This document shows, in pieces, positions 30,411 through 40,599 of a stretch of 64,000 nucleotides of DNA; positions within the stretch are counted from its first letter, which is position 1, and every line of letters starts with the position of its first letter. A program made the position numbers and the translations under genes. The DNA is from an uncultured Actinomycetes bacterium (GTDB taxonomy: Bacteria > Actinomycetota > UBA4738 > HRBIN12). The stretch is taken from NCBI GenBank assembly GCA_963704885.1, contig CAVPIB010000007.1:128001-192000 (forward strand), in the 5' to 3' direction. Under the pieces are notes generated by a model. It made no database searches, was not told the origin of the DNA, and saw only the letters and a list, made by a program, of their open reading frames with translations.

Positions 30411-33400
30411 CTACTGGCCGTGAGCCAGCGCTTCGACTTCGCTCTGCATCTCGAGGCGCTCGGTCAAGAGCGACCTCAGCGCCTCCGCTGTGAGGGGCCG
30501 GGCGAACAGGAACCCTTGTCCCAGGTCGCACTTAAGCTCGATCAATCGCTCGAGCTGGTCCGGACGCTCGATACCTTCGGCTATCGGCTTCAGGTTGAGG
30601 ATGGCCGCGAGCTCGATCATCGCAGCGGTGAGGGCCGAAGATTCTCCGCCGTCACCCACCTCGTCGATGAACGACTTGTCTACCTTCAGGATGTCCACCG
30701 GGAACCGACGCACGTAGTTGAGCGATGAGTAGCCTGTCCCGAAGTCGTCGATCGCGAGCAGAACGCCCAGTTCCTTCAACTGCCGCAGCCGTTCTATCGA
30801 GAGCTCCATATCCTGCATGACCATGCTCTCGGTGATCTCGAGTACGAGCCCTTGCGGCGCTAGACCCGTTTCCTCGAGGCTGGCTCGGACCTCATCGATT
30901 ATCTCCGGCCGCGCCAGCTGGCGGGCCGACAGGTTCACCGCCATGTGGAACGGCGGATCTGCTGGGAACGACCCCTGCAACTCGACCGCGAACCGTGTCG
31001 CCTCCTTCAGCACCCAATGGCCGATGGGCACGATCAGGCCGGTCTCCTCGGCGAGCGGGATGAAATCGAGGGGCTGGACGAGCCCACGTTGGGGATGGTT
31101 CCACCTGATGAGCGCCTCCACTCCGGTGATCCGCCCCGTCTCCAGCTCGATCACGGGTTGGTAGTGAAGGATGAACTCTCGACGCTCCAAGGCGCGCTGC
31201 AGGTCGGCCTTCAGCTCGAGGCGACGCAACGCCGTGTCGTGCATCTCCGGCTCGAAGACCTGATATCGAGCTTTGCCCTTCTCCTTGGCCATGTACATCG
31301 CTACGTCGGCGTTGCGGAGCAGAGTCTCCGCTGCATGTTCGCCGTCGCCGTCGCTCGCGCCCGCCACGGCGATGCCGACGCTCGCGCGCACGAATACCTC
31401 CTTGCCGTCGAGCAGGAACGGTTCGTCGAGCATCTGCATGATCCTGTCCGCCACGTCTGCCGCCTGCACCCCTTCACCGCCGTCCTCCAGCAGGATCGCG
31501 AACTCGTCCCCGCCCAAGCGCGCGGCGGTGTCAGCCGCCCTCAGCGTGTTCCGCAGTCTGTCGCCTACCTGGGCCAGCAGGCCGTCACCGGCGGCATGCC
31601 CCAGCGAATCGTTGATCGTCTTGAAGTCGTCCAGGTCCATGAAGAGCACCGAGAGGGTGTTCTGGCCGCGACCCTGACGCTCGATCGCGTGCAGAACCCG
31701 ATCGTGGAACAGGGCGCGGTTCGCCAGGTTGGTGACCGAGTCGTGGAACGCTTGGCGTTCCAGTTCCGCCTCGAACTGCTTGCGCTCGCTGATGTCTCGG
31801 GTGTTGAGCACGATCCCGTTCACGTTCGGATCGTGTAGGAGATTGGTCCGCAAGGTCTCGGCGAACAAGAAGTTGCCCGCCCGATGCTGGATGCGGAACT
31901 CCATCAGGCCGGTCTTTCCTTCGCCCTCGTCGATCGATGTCAGGAAGGACAGCACGCGAGTCTTGTCGTCCGGGTGGACGAGATCGATGAAACGCGAGCC
32001 TTCCAGATGCTTCGGATCGAACCCCAGCACCCGGTCGGCCGACGGGCTCGCGTAACCCACCGTCGTGTCTAGCTCGATCACCGTCACGACGTCGGACGAG
32101 TTCTTCACGAGCGACGCGAACCGCGCCTCGCTCTGCTTGGTCAGCAGGTCCTGGGTGAGCGCAGCGCTTTCGAGCGCCAGAGCGACCTGTGAGGACAGCG
32201 CCCGGAGGCTGTCGATCACCGAGGCCGGCATCTGCGTAGGCGTTGCCACCACGATCATGCCTTGGAACTGGTCGCGCATGAACAGAGGTCCAGTGAGCAC
32301 AGCACCCTCGGCTTCGGTGGACAGTGCCAGAGGTTCCCTCAGCATGCTCTCGGAGGAATGGACGATGTAGGCGTCGCGCTCGAGCAGCCGCTGTCGCTTC
32401 CACTCCTGCAGGATCGACAGCGAGAACCGCATGCCCAACACGTCGCCGGCCCCGCCGGCGGCGGCCACGACGACGAGCTCGTCGGCATCATCATCGGCTT
32501 CCTCGCAGAGGCGCACCGCGGCGTCTTGTCCCGCGAGCGTCCGTGCGGCCTGGATCGCCGCCTCGTGGATCGCGGCTCGGTTCGTGGCGGTCACGAGCGC
32601 AAGACCAGCCTCGCGCAACGCCCGTTCGCGCGCGGCCGACTGCTCCTGGGTCCTCACGAGTCCCGCCATCCGTGCGATCACCAGCAGGAACAAGACGATG
32701 GAGGCGGCGACGACCACGAGCTCGTCCGTCCGTGCCAAGCTCGCCTGGGGCGAATCGCCGAACCGCGAGAGCAGCACAGCCCCCGTGATCGGCGCGATCA
32801 GCGACACGATCGCCAGAACCGCGAGCCTCACGCCGGAAAGTGGACGCCGTACCTCGGTCTGTCGCTGCGAGAACAACCGTGCCTCCGGATGAAGGGCAGC
32901 CGCGCCGATCAAGAGATAGAACGCCGCCCACCCACCCTCTAGGTAGCCCGTCTGGTTGTCGTATCCGCCGTGTAGGCCTGCCCAGCCGTACGCGGCGTCC
33001 GTTACGAAGAGCGTGATCACAGCGGTGAGCAGCAGGTAGAAGGCGGCGTTCTTCCGCCCACCGCCCACGACCAATCTGATGGCGCCGGTGATCAGCATCA
33101 GGTCGACGACCGGGTAGCCGATCGCCACCAGTTTCTGCAGCGATGTCAGCGAGGAGTCATGGGTGTACGGCGCGATCAGGAATACCCAGGACAGGACACC
33201 AACCCCGACCGCGACGATCATGGAGTCGATCGCGCTATCGCGGTCTCGTCCTGGGGTTCGCCTTCGGATCAGTAGGAACAGTCCACCTAGGACGCAGGGG
33301 TAGACCGCTAGATACAGCACGTCGCCGATCGACGGGAAGGGCAACTCCTTCATGAAGAGCCGGTCGTAGTTGTACGTGATCACGTCGCCGGCCACGAAGA

Positions 33401-33599
33401 ACACCTGTCCGAGCGCGATCAGCATCCACGGCAACCTGTACTCCAACCGGTTGGTCCGAAGCGCCACCAGGATCACGACCGGCGACGACAGCGCGATGAG
33501 GTTCAGCACGACGCCGATCCGGAGTCCGGGAACGAACAGGAACATCAGCGTCGCGGCGACCCCCGCGGCGACGTACACGAGCCACGCCCGGCCTCTCAT
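30411..33599 (-). CDS. membrane sensor-GAF-PAS-GGDEF-EAL c-di-GMP enzyme
   Basis: Multi-TM N-terminus; PAS (VHPDD); DLDDFKTIND, RLGGDEF; YQP, EALIRW, EITES, DDFGTGYSS, KVDKSF; both catalytic sites look intact. Confidence 0.95.
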   Translation of the reverse strand: MRGRAWLVYVAAGVAATLMFLFVPGLRIGVVLNLIALSSPVVILVALRTNRLEYRLPWMLIALGQVFFVAGDVITYNYDRLFMKELPFPSIGDVLYLAVYPCVLGGLFLLIRRRTPGRDRDSAIDSMIVAVGVGVLSWVFLIAPYTHDSSLTSLQKLVAIGYPVVDLMLITGAIRLVVGGGRKNAAFYLLLTAVITLFVTDAAYGWAGLHGGYDNQTGYLEGGWAAFYLLIGAAALHPEARLFSQRQTEVRRPLSGVRLAVLAIVSLIAPITGAVLLSRFGDSPQASLARTDELVVVAASIVLFLLVIARMAGLVRTQEQSAARERALREAGLALVTATNRAAIHEAAIQAARTLAGQDAAVRLCEEADDDADELVVVAAAGGAGDVLGMRFSLSILQEWKRQRLLERDAYIVHSSESMLREPLALSTEAEGAVLTGPLFMRDQFQGMIVVATPTQMPASVIDSLRALSSQVALALESAALTQDLLTKQSEARFASLVKNSSDVVTVIELDTTVGYASPSADRVLGFDPKHLEGSRFIDLVHPDDKTRVLSFLTSIDEGEGKTGLMEFRIQHRAGNFLFAETLRTNLLHDPNVNGIVLNTRDISERKQFEAELERQAFHDSVTNLANRALFHDRVLHAIERQGRGQNTLSVLFMDLDDFKTINDSLGHAAGDGLLAQVGDRLRNTLRAADTAARLGGDEFAILLEDGGEGVQAADVADRIMQMLDEPFLLDGKEVFVRASVGIAVAGASDGDGEHAAETLLRNADVAMYMAKEKGKARYQVFEPEMHDTALRRLELKADLQRALERREFILHYQPVIELETGRITGVEALIRWNHPQRGLVQPLDFIPLAEETGLIVPIGHWVLKEATRFAVELQGSFPADPPFHMAVNLSARQLARPEIIDEVRASLEETGLAPQGLVLEITESMVMQDMELSIERLRQLKELGVLLAIDDFGTGYSSLNYVRRFPVDILKVDKSFIDEVGDGGESSALTAAMIELAAILNLKPIAEGIERPDQLERLIELKCDLGQGFLFARPLTAEALRSLLTERLEMQSEVEALAHGQ

Positions 33600-33645
33600 G
33601 GACCTTGTATCGACATGGAGCGGGAGGAGCCTTAGACCGTACGGC

Positions 33646-34998
33646 TCATCTGGTGATGTCGGCCGGATGGGGGATGGCGAATGCCTCGGTTCCGGCGGAT
33701 CCCTCTTCGTCCCCGGCTTCTTCGCCGGTCCGCTCGACATCGCGCATCCCGGGGAGGAACAGGAAGGAGAACGTGACGACGGCTCCCAGAACTCCTGCGC
33801 CGATCAGGGTGGCACGGGTGCCGATCAGCGCGGCCACTGGGGCCGTGAGCGCGAACGACAGTGGAAGCAACCCGATGGAGACGAACCAGTCGAGGCTGGA
33901 GACCCTGCCGAGCAGGTGACGGGGAACCAGCCGCTGCTTCGTGGTCGCCCACACGATCGTTCCGGCCGTCTCCAGTGCGTTGAACACGAAGCAGGCGAGC
34001 ATCGCCTCCCACGGCAGGTGGGCCAAGCCGTATCCGGCCACGGCGAGCGTCGAACCTGTCCAGGCCAGGTACATGAACGTCATGAACCGGCGAGGTGTGC
34101 CCTTCTGCCCCAGGAAGAGCGCCGCTCCGACCGCACCGACGCCGCCCATGGCCAGGATCGCCCCGAGGTAGAGGGGGCTGCCGCCCAGTTCGTTCTTCAC
34201 CAGGAGCGGCAAGAGCACCTCCTGAGGTCCGATGAAGAGCAGATATGAGAAAGCCGCGGCGACCAGCGTTCCCCACAACCACACACGCTGACGGACGAAC
34301 CGGAACCCCTCTCGTACGTCGGCGAACGCGGACATGCTGGTCGGGCTCTGCGGGCGTTCCAGCGGATGCGGGTGCATCGCCAGGATCGCGCCGATCGACA
34401 CGGCGAACGTGGCGGCGTCGACCAGGAAGGCACCACCCACGCTCCATGACGCCAGCCAGCCGCCGATGAGCGGACCCACCATGCGCCACGCCGCTGGCCG
34501 AACGAACTGCTCCACGGAGTTCGCCTGCGTGAGCAGGTCCGTAGCCACCAGATCGGGAACGATCGCGTCGAACGCAGGACCGAAGAAGGCCGTTCCGCCT
34601 CCGTAGAAGGCCGCCAGGACCATGATGTGCCAGACCTCGATCTGCTGGGTCAGGGATAGTAGGCCCATCGCCGCTACGGCGAGACCTCTGACGACGTCCG
34701 CCCCTATCAGCACGCGTCTTCGATCGAACCGGTCGCTAACCACTCCGCCTATCAGCAGGAACAAGACGTTGGGAACCGTCATGGACAACCCGACGAGTGA
34801 GAACGCCGTGGCGGCGTCCGACAGCTCGTAGACCTGCCAGGCCAGGGTGATCAGGAAGATCCCGTCTCCGATGAGGGACACGGTCATGCCGGACCAGAGC
34901 AGCCGGAAATCCCGCTGCCGGAGCGGTTCGAGGATGATGGGGATCCGCCGGCGTGACGGGTCCCCGCTCCCCCTTGGCTCGGGTGTCGTTGACCCCAT
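33646..34998 (-). CDS. MFS transporter (DHA3/macrolide-efflux-like exporter)
   Basis: RDFRLLW, GGVVSDRFDRRR motif A, F.VDAATF, LLGRVSS; about 12 TMs. Confidence 0.9.
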   Translation of the reverse strand: MGSTTPEPRGSGDPSRRRIPIILEPLRQRDFRLLWSGMTVSLIGDGIFLITLAWQVYELSDAATAFSLVGLSMTVPNVLFLLIGGVVSDRFDRRRVLIGADVVRGLAVAAMGLLSLTQQIEVWHIMVLAAFYGGGTAFFGPAFDAIVPDLVATDLLTQANSVEQFVRPAAWRMVGPLIGGWLASWSVGGAFLVDAATFAVSIGAILAMHPHPLERPQSPTSMSAFADVREGFRFVRQRVWLWGTLVAAAFSYLLFIGPQEVLLPLLVKNELGGSPLYLGAILAMGGVGAVGAALFLGQKGTPRRFMTFMYLAWTGSTLAVAGYGLAHLPWEAMLACFVFNALETAGTIVWATTKQRLVPRHLLGRVSSLDWFVSIGLLPLSFALTAPVAALIGTRATLIGAGVLGAVVTFSFLFLPGMRDVERTGEEAGDEEGSAGTEAFAIPHPADITR

Positions 34999-35110
34999 CG
35001 CTTCTTCCGTATCGGCCGTTCGGCGAGGCTCTTGACCCGGAGCGGTGTCGGCGTCTAAAGGCGGCGTGCCGCAGGAGTCGGTTCGTAGCCGTGCGTCGGA
35101 TCCGTGTGCT

Positions 35111-37258
35111 TCAGGCCGATAGGGAGGCTTCGCCCGACTGAGCGACCAGCGACCCGGTCCCTTCGTCGTCGAGCTTTTCGGGCGTTCCGAATGGCAGGTA
35201 GACGCGGAAGGAGGCTCCGCCTCCGTCGCGATCCTCCACCCAAGCTCGCCCGCCGTGCAGCTCCGCGAACCGGGTCACGAGCGAGAGGCCGATCCCCACA
35301 CCCGGGTTGTGAGAGATGATCTCGTCGCCCTGACGGAACGGCTCGAAGATGGAGTCGCGCAGCTCCATCGGGACCCCGTGACCCGCATCCTCTACGACGA
35401 GGAGGACGCTCTCGCCGTCGGTGGTTGCCTTGACCCATATCGGGGTGCCGTTCGGCGTGTAGCGGATGGCGTTCGCTACCAGGTTCTCCACTATGCGCTC
35501 CACCTGTGCGGCATCGACGCGTCCGGGGACGGGCTCGGTGGTCGTGAGCTCGATCGGGTGCGTATCCGTTGTGCTCTCCTGTACGACCCGAGTGAGGATG
35601 TCCAGCACGTCCACGTCATCCCTGTTAGGGGCGACGATGCCGCGCGACATGCGGTCCAGGTCGAGCAGGTTGGTCAGCAGGCGGTGGAGCTTGCGGGAGT
35701 TGGCGGCGATCCGTCCGATGAGGTCATGCTCGTCCTCCCGGGACAGGGATTCCTGCGTCAGGCTCCCCTCCAGCGTGAGCGCGCAGCCGAGGATGCTCGT
35801 CAGAGGCGTCCGAAGGTCGTGGGAGACCGCCTGGAGGAAGGAGTTCTGCATCTCCTGCAAGATCCGCAGTCCCGCGGCGGCTTCCTTCTCCGCGTCGAGG
35901 GCTTTGATCAGCTGTGTTTCGGCGAGCTTCTGCTCGGTCACGTCGTACATCACGCCCTGCAGGTTCACCGGGTGTCCGTCATCGCCCTCCAGAGCCTCTG
36001 CTTCCTCGTGGATCCAGACGACGCTGCCATCCTTGCCGACGATCCGGTACTCGCACTGCATGCGACTCTCGCCGCTCAGCAGTCGGAGCTCGGCGTCAAG
36101 CGCCCGTTCACGATCCTCCGGGAGGATGCGCTCGCGCCATAGTTCGGCCTGCCCCATCCACTCCTCGGGGGTGAACCCCAGGATCGATTCGATCTTCGGG
36201 CTTAGGTAGCGCCAAGCGCCGTCCTTACCGAACTCCGCGATGTAGACGACCGCCGGGAGCCCCTCGACCAAGGAGCGGTACTTGGCCTCGGCCTCTCGTA
36301 ACTGTCTCTCCGCCCTTCGGTACGCGCCGATATCCACCATCAGACCGTTCAAGCGAACCAGAACCAGGATGAATAAGAGCGCCGAGCACGTAGCCAGAAC
36401 AGGCCTGTCGACCGGTTCCCCGCGGGCCGCCTGAAGGATCTGGACGGCAGGGGCCATCAGTGAGGCTCCGGCCAGGATCACCAACCTGCGGCGCGGGTGC
36501 CGCAGGTCGGCCTCCGCCGTCGGCTCGTCCAGGTAGACCATGGAGCCGTGCAGGGCGGCGGCACCCCACAGCAGGTAGAAGAACCCCCAACCCAGCTCGA
36601 GCAGGCCGGTGGTGTTGTCGTAGGTCCCGTGCAGGAGGATGTACGTGTAGATCGAGTCCGTCGTGAACAAGACGGCGATCGAGCCGATCAGCAGGTAGAA
36701 GGCCGGAGTACGCCGACCGCGGTCGACCGCCAGTCGAACGGCCACGCCGAACAGGATCAGATCCATGATCGGATACGCCATCGCCGTGAGCTTCTCGACG
36801 AGGGTTAGCGACGGGTCGTGTGCGTAAGGCGCGAGCAGGAATACCCATGAGAGCGTGCCGACGCCAACCGCGATGATCAGCGAGTCGATCAGACTTGCGC
36901 GGTCGCGTCCCGGGCTGCGCTGGCGGACCAGCATCAGCACGCCCGCGATGAGGAACGGGTAGACGCTCAGGTACAGCACGTCGCCGATCGACGGGAACGG
37001 AGGCTCGGTCCCGAAGAACCGCTCGTAGTTGTAGGTGATCACGTCGCCGGCGACGAACAGGGCCTGACCGATGGCGACCAGGTACCAAGGGAGCCGCTGG
37101 CGAGGGGTGTGCATCCGAACTGCGATGAGGATCGCGATCGGCGCCGAGAGCCCGATGACGTTGAAGATCGGACCCACGCGGATGGGATGGACGAACACGA
37201 ACGCGGTCAACACCGCGCCGCCGATCGAGAGGTAGAGAGCCCACGCTCGAGCTTTCAT
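35111..37258 (-). CDS. membrane sensor-PAS histidine kinase
   Basis: Multi-TM N-terminus paralogous to that of the GGDEF-EAL protein; PAS; SHDLRTPL H-box, ENLVANAIRY, EDAGHG, IFEPF, GVGIGL. Confidence 0.95.
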   Translation of the reverse strand: MKARAWALYLSIGGAVLTAFVFVHPIRVGPIFNVIGLSAPIAILIAVRMHTPRQRLPWYLVAIGQALFVAGDVITYNYERFFGTEPPFPSIGDVLYLSVYPFLIAGVLMLVRQRSPGRDRASLIDSLIIAVGVGTLSWVFLLAPYAHDPSLTLVEKLTAMAYPIMDLILFGVAVRLAVDRGRRTPAFYLLIGSIAVLFTTDSIYTYILLHGTYDNTTGLLELGWGFFYLLWGAAALHGSMVYLDEPTAEADLRHPRRRLVILAGASLMAPAVQILQAARGEPVDRPVLATCSALLFILVLVRLNGLMVDIGAYRRAERQLREAEAKYRSLVEGLPAVVYIAEFGKDGAWRYLSPKIESILGFTPEEWMGQAELWRERILPEDRERALDAELRLLSGESRMQCEYRIVGKDGSVVWIHEEAEALEGDDGHPVNLQGVMYDVTEQKLAETQLIKALDAEKEAAAGLRILQEMQNSFLQAVSHDLRTPLTSILGCALTLEGSLTQESLSREDEHDLIGRIAANSRKLHRLLTNLLDLDRMSRGIVAPNRDDVDVLDILTRVVQESTTDTHPIELTTTEPVPGRVDAAQVERIVENLVANAIRYTPNGTPIWVKATTDGESVLLVVEDAGHGVPMELRDSIFEPFRQGDEIISHNPGVGIGLSLVTRFAELHGGRAWVEDRDGGGASFRVYLPFGTPEKLDDEGTGSLVAQSGEASLSA

Positions 37259-37293
37259 CGCATCCTTCGTATCGGGAGGCTTCGAGGGAGACC

Positions 37294-38667
37294 TTAGGCA
37301 GTGGAGACTGATGTGCCGGCTGTCTGCTTGAGTTGGAATCGATCCCGGAGCGACCCGAGGACCGCGATGAGCTGATCGATCTCCTCATCCGTGTTGGCGG
37401 CGGTGATCTGTATCCGGAAGCCAACCTCGTCCTTGGGCACCAACGGGTACGCGGCCATCGTGGCGTAGACCCCTTCGTCGAACAGGTATCGGCCGACGTC
37501 GTCTATCTCGTGGTGGTCTGTGAGCGACACCTCGATGATGGGGAACCCGCTCACGTTCGGGGTGCGGATACCCAGCCGGTCGAGAGCATCCAGCGTGCGG
37601 TGCGTCCGCTGCCACATGGCGAACCGGGCCTGGTCTCCGCGTGCGCGGTTGATCTCCAGTCCGGCGATCGTCGTGGCGAGGGATGCTACCGGCGAGGGAC
37701 CGGAGTACAGGTAGGGCGGAGCGAGCACCTTGAGGGCGTCCTTCAGCCTGGTCGGCAGCGCCAGGAACGCCAGCAGGGACGAGTAGGATTTCGAGAACCC
37801 GGCGACCAGGATCACGTTCTCGTAGCCCACGCCCTGGTGGCGGAAGAGGCTGTTCCCCTTCGTACCGTAATCACAGAGCTCGTCCGGCGAGCGTTCGCCG
37901 ATGACACCGAACCCGTGCGCGTCGTCCAGGTAGAGAAGAGCATCGTGCTCGATCGCGATGCGGGACAAGGCGGCGACGTCGGGCGCGTTGCCCGTCATGG
38001 AGTTCACGCCGTCCATCGCTATCACGCGTGGCAGCCCCGGATCGCTGGCTACGAGCAGTTCCTCCAGATGCGCGGCGTCGTTGTGCCGGAATCGCACGAC
38101 CCGCGCGCCGTGGCCGGCCGCCACCATGGCTCCGTCGTAGATCGTCTTGTGCGCCCTCCCATCGAGGAACAAGGTGCCGTCTCCAACCAAGACGGGGATC
38201 ACGGACATGTGGATGTGCGTGATCGTGGGGAGAAGCAGCACGTCCTCGCAGGCGAGGAGCTCGGTCATCTCCTCCTCGATCTCCTGATACAGGCGAGGAC
38301 TGCCGAGAAGTCGCGACCAACTGGGGTGGGTGCCCCACGCCGCCAGGTACTCGGGCACGGCGCTCATGATCTCAGGATCCAGGTCGAAGCCCAGGTAGTT
38401 GCAGGAGGCGAAGTCGGTGAGCCAGTGATCGCCGATCCGGATCCGCCGGCCGATCTGCTCGTCGATCACGGCGTCCACCATCGGGTGCTCGTGCTTCAGC
38501 CGAGTGAGGTCGGCGGTGGTCGCGACCCAGCGGTCCAGCCAGCCGTCGCTCTTCCTGCGTCGAGGCTTGCCGTTCGGAGAGGGCTCCACGGCGAGGTCGG
38601 TCGCCCTGCGCCGCGTCGCGGGAACGGCCCGCGGCTGGGCCCCGTGGTCGGTCGATGGGAGTTCCAT
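37294..38667 (-). CDS. alpha-oxoamine synthase family PLP enzyme (AONS/BioF, CqsA/LqsA-like); start uncertain
   Basis: DFASCNYLG, HKTIYDG, FRHND, DGVNSMTG, LDDAHGFG, GFSKS (PLP Lys), YSGP, RIQITA. Confidence 0.88.
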   Translation of the reverse strand: MELPSTDHGAQPRAVPATRRRATDLAVEPSPNGKPRRRKSDGWLDRWVATTADLTRLKHEHPMVDAVIDEQIGRRIRIGDHWLTDFASCNYLGFDLDPEIMSAVPEYLAAWGTHPSWSRLLGSPRLYQEIEEEMTELLACEDVLLLPTITHIHMSVIPVLVGDGTLFLDGRAHKTIYDGAMVAAGHGARVVRFRHNDAAHLEELLVASDPGLPRVIAMDGVNSMTGNAPDVAALSRIAIEHDALLYLDDAHGFGVIGERSPDELCDYGTKGNSLFRHQGVGYENVILVAGFSKSYSSLLAFLALPTRLKDALKVLAPPYLYSGPSPVASLATTIAGLEINRARGDQARFAMWQRTHRTLDALDRLGIRTPNVSGFPIIEVSLTDHHEIDDVGRYLFDEGVYATMAAYPLVPKDEVGFRIQITAANTDEEIDQLIAVLGSLRDRFQLKQTAGTSVSTA

Positions 38668-38779
38668 GGAGTACCCACATCGGCTCGTCTCGACCTCGAC
38701 TTTACGGGTTGCGCGGGGTGATGCCGGAACCACCCGTTCGAGGGGCCCGATAGAGTGAAGCCTCTGCCGTCCAGGAGGT

Positions 38780-40150
38780 TTGCGCGTGCGAACTATCGAC
38801 CGATCCAGGCTCCACGACCTGATGCAGCGTGAACGTCAGACGTTCCGCGAGCGACACCCCAGGAGTGGTGAGCTCTCGGATGAAGCCAAGGGTTCCTTAC
38901 TCTTCGGCGTTCCGATGACCTGGATGACCCGGTGGCCTGGAGACTGGCCGGTGTTCGTCGATCGAGCCGAGGGGGCTGGCTTCACCGACGTAGACGGCAA
39001 CCGATTCGTGGACTTCTGTCTGGGGGATACTGGTGGCATGGCCGGCCACGCCCCGAAGGTGGCGGTCGATGCCATCGCCGAGCAGGTGGCGAAGGGCATC
39101 ACCCTGATGCTTCCGACCCAAGACGCTGCTTGGGTCGGTCGAGAGATGGGGCGACGCTTCGGCGTTCCCTATTGGCAGTTCACGCTCACGGCAACCGACG
39201 CCAACCGATTCGTGCTCCGGTGGGCGCGCGAGCTCACAGGGCGCTCGAAGATCGTGGTCCATAACTGGAACTACCATGGCTCGGTCGACGAGACGTTCGC
39301 GACGCTGGACCCCGACGGGCGGGTGCGGGCTCGTGCGGGACTGGTAGGGGCGCCGGTTCCCCTGGACCTGACCACGCGCGTCGTGGAGTTCAACGACCTG
39401 GAGGGGCTCGAGGCGGTGCTCGCGCAAGGCGACGTGGCGTGTGCGCTGTTCGAGCCGGCGCTCACCAACATCGGCATCGTGCTCCCCGAACCCGGGTACC
39501 ACGACGGTGTCAGGGAGCTCTGCTCCCGGTACGGCACGCTCCTGGTGATCGATGAGACCCATACGATCTGCGCCGGTCCGGGGGGATGTACGCGCGCCTG
39601 GGGCCTTCACCCGGACATAGTCACGATCGGCAAGACGTTGGGGGCGGGGATCCCGAGCGCGGCCTACGGCGTGAGTGAGGAGGTCTCGCGGCGGATCGTG
39701 GGATGCACCGATCTGCCGCATATCGACGTGAACGGCACCGGGGGGACGCTCGCCGGCAACGCCCTCTCGCTCGCGGCTATGCGCGCGACGCTCGGTGGCG
39801 TGCTCACCGACCAGGCGTTCGACCGCATGATCTCGCTCGGCGAGCGGTTCGAGCTGGGCGTCGCCCAGGTGATCTCCTCACGGGAGCTGCCGTGGCACGT
39901 TACGCGACTGGGCTGCAGGGTCGAATACCTGTTCCGCCCAGACGCCGCCAGCGACGGAGCTGCCGCCGCGGCCGGGCAGGACGAGGAGCTGGACCCTTTC
40001 ATCCACCTGTACATGTTGAACCGCGGCATCCTTATGACGCCGTTCCACAACATGGCGTTGATGTCGCCTGCCACCACGGAAGAGGATGTCGATCGCCACA
40101 CCGAGGTCTACGCAGAGGCCGCCGACGAGCTGATCGGAGGGCATCGATGA
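38780..40150 (+). CDS. class III aminotransferase (glutamate-1-semialdehyde aminomutase-like)
   Basis: DVDGNRFVDF, YHGSVD, FEP, IDETHT, TIGKTLG, GTLAGN; RBS AGGAGG. Confidence 0.9.
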   Translation: MRVRTIDRSRLHDLMQRERQTFRERHPRSGELSDEAKGSLLFGVPMTWMTRWPGDWPVFVDRAEGAGFTDVDGNRFVDFCLGDTGGMAGHAPKVAVDAIAEQVAKGITLMLPTQDAAWVGREMGRRFGVPYWQFTLTATDANRFVLRWARELTGRSKIVVHNWNYHGSVDETFATLDPDGRVRARAGLVGAPVPLDLTTRVVEFNDLEGLEAVLAQGDVACALFEPALTNIGIVLPEPGYHDGVRELCSRYGTLLVIDETHTICAGPGGCTRAWGLHPDIVTIGKTLGAGIPSAAYGVSEEVSRRIVGCTDLPHIDVNGTGGTLAGNALSLAAMRATLGGVLTDQAFDRMISLGERFELGVAQVISSRELPWHVTRLGCRVEYLFRPDAASDGAAAAAGQDEELDPFIHLYMLNRGILMTPFHNMALMSPATTEEDVDRHTEVYAEAADELIGGHR

Positions 40151-40515
40151 GGAACGCGAGGATGGTGTTCGTATTGATGGACACCGTCGACCCGGAGCAG
40201 ATCTCTTCGTTCTGGAGCGACCTGTTGGGCGTGGGGGTCGCCGCGACGGTGAGCGCCGGAGACTTCGTGGTGCTGGAGCCAGGCGGCGAAGGGATACCCG
40301 CGCTCGCGTTCCAGAAGGTCCCGGAGGCCAAGGTCGTCAAGAACCGCATGCACCTCGACCTGATGGTCGACGATCTGGAGGCGGCCACCCAGCAGATCAC
40401 GGAGCTGGGCGGCGTCTGGCTGGACGGCGAGACCCGCGAGGTCGAGGGCTACCGCTGGCGCTGCATGGCAGATCCCCAGGGGAACGAGTTCGATATCGTC
40501 CCGGCCGATAACTAG
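40147..40515 (+). CDS. VOC/glyoxalase-like protein
   Basis: FWSDLLG, LAFQKVPE.K..KNRMHLDL, MADPQGNEF; ATGA coupling. Confidence 0.9.
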   Translation: MRNARMVFVLMDTVDPEQISSFWSDLLGVGVAATVSAGDFVVLEPGGEGIPALAFQKVPEAKVVKNRMHLDLMVDDLEAATQQITELGGVWLDGETREVEGYRWRCMADPQGNEFDIVPADN

Positions 40516-40532
40516 TCTGGGGCAGACTAGTT
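40510..40532. repeat. palindrome AACTAGTCTG-N3-CAGACTAGTT, copy 2
   Basis: Overlaps the VOC stop codon; same core as 23372-23390. Confidence 0.8.
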
Positions 40533-40599
40533 GCGGGTACAGCGAGGGCGCCTATGAAGCGCCCGGGGTATCGTGGCGCCCGCATCCGGAGGGCTAGAC

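Noticed and set aside
37294-38667. Calling this gene bioF
   Set aside because: No bio genes nearby, divergent motifs (HKTIYDG, WGTHPSWSR) and a signalling context; left unnamed
37333-38721. 462-aa ORF antisense to the oxoamine synthase
   Set aside because: Codon-mirror effect of high GC3; no recognisable domain
38780-40150. Calling this gene hemL
   Set aside because: Lacks typical HemL segments (GGVNSPVR, SGTEA) and no hem genes are adjacent
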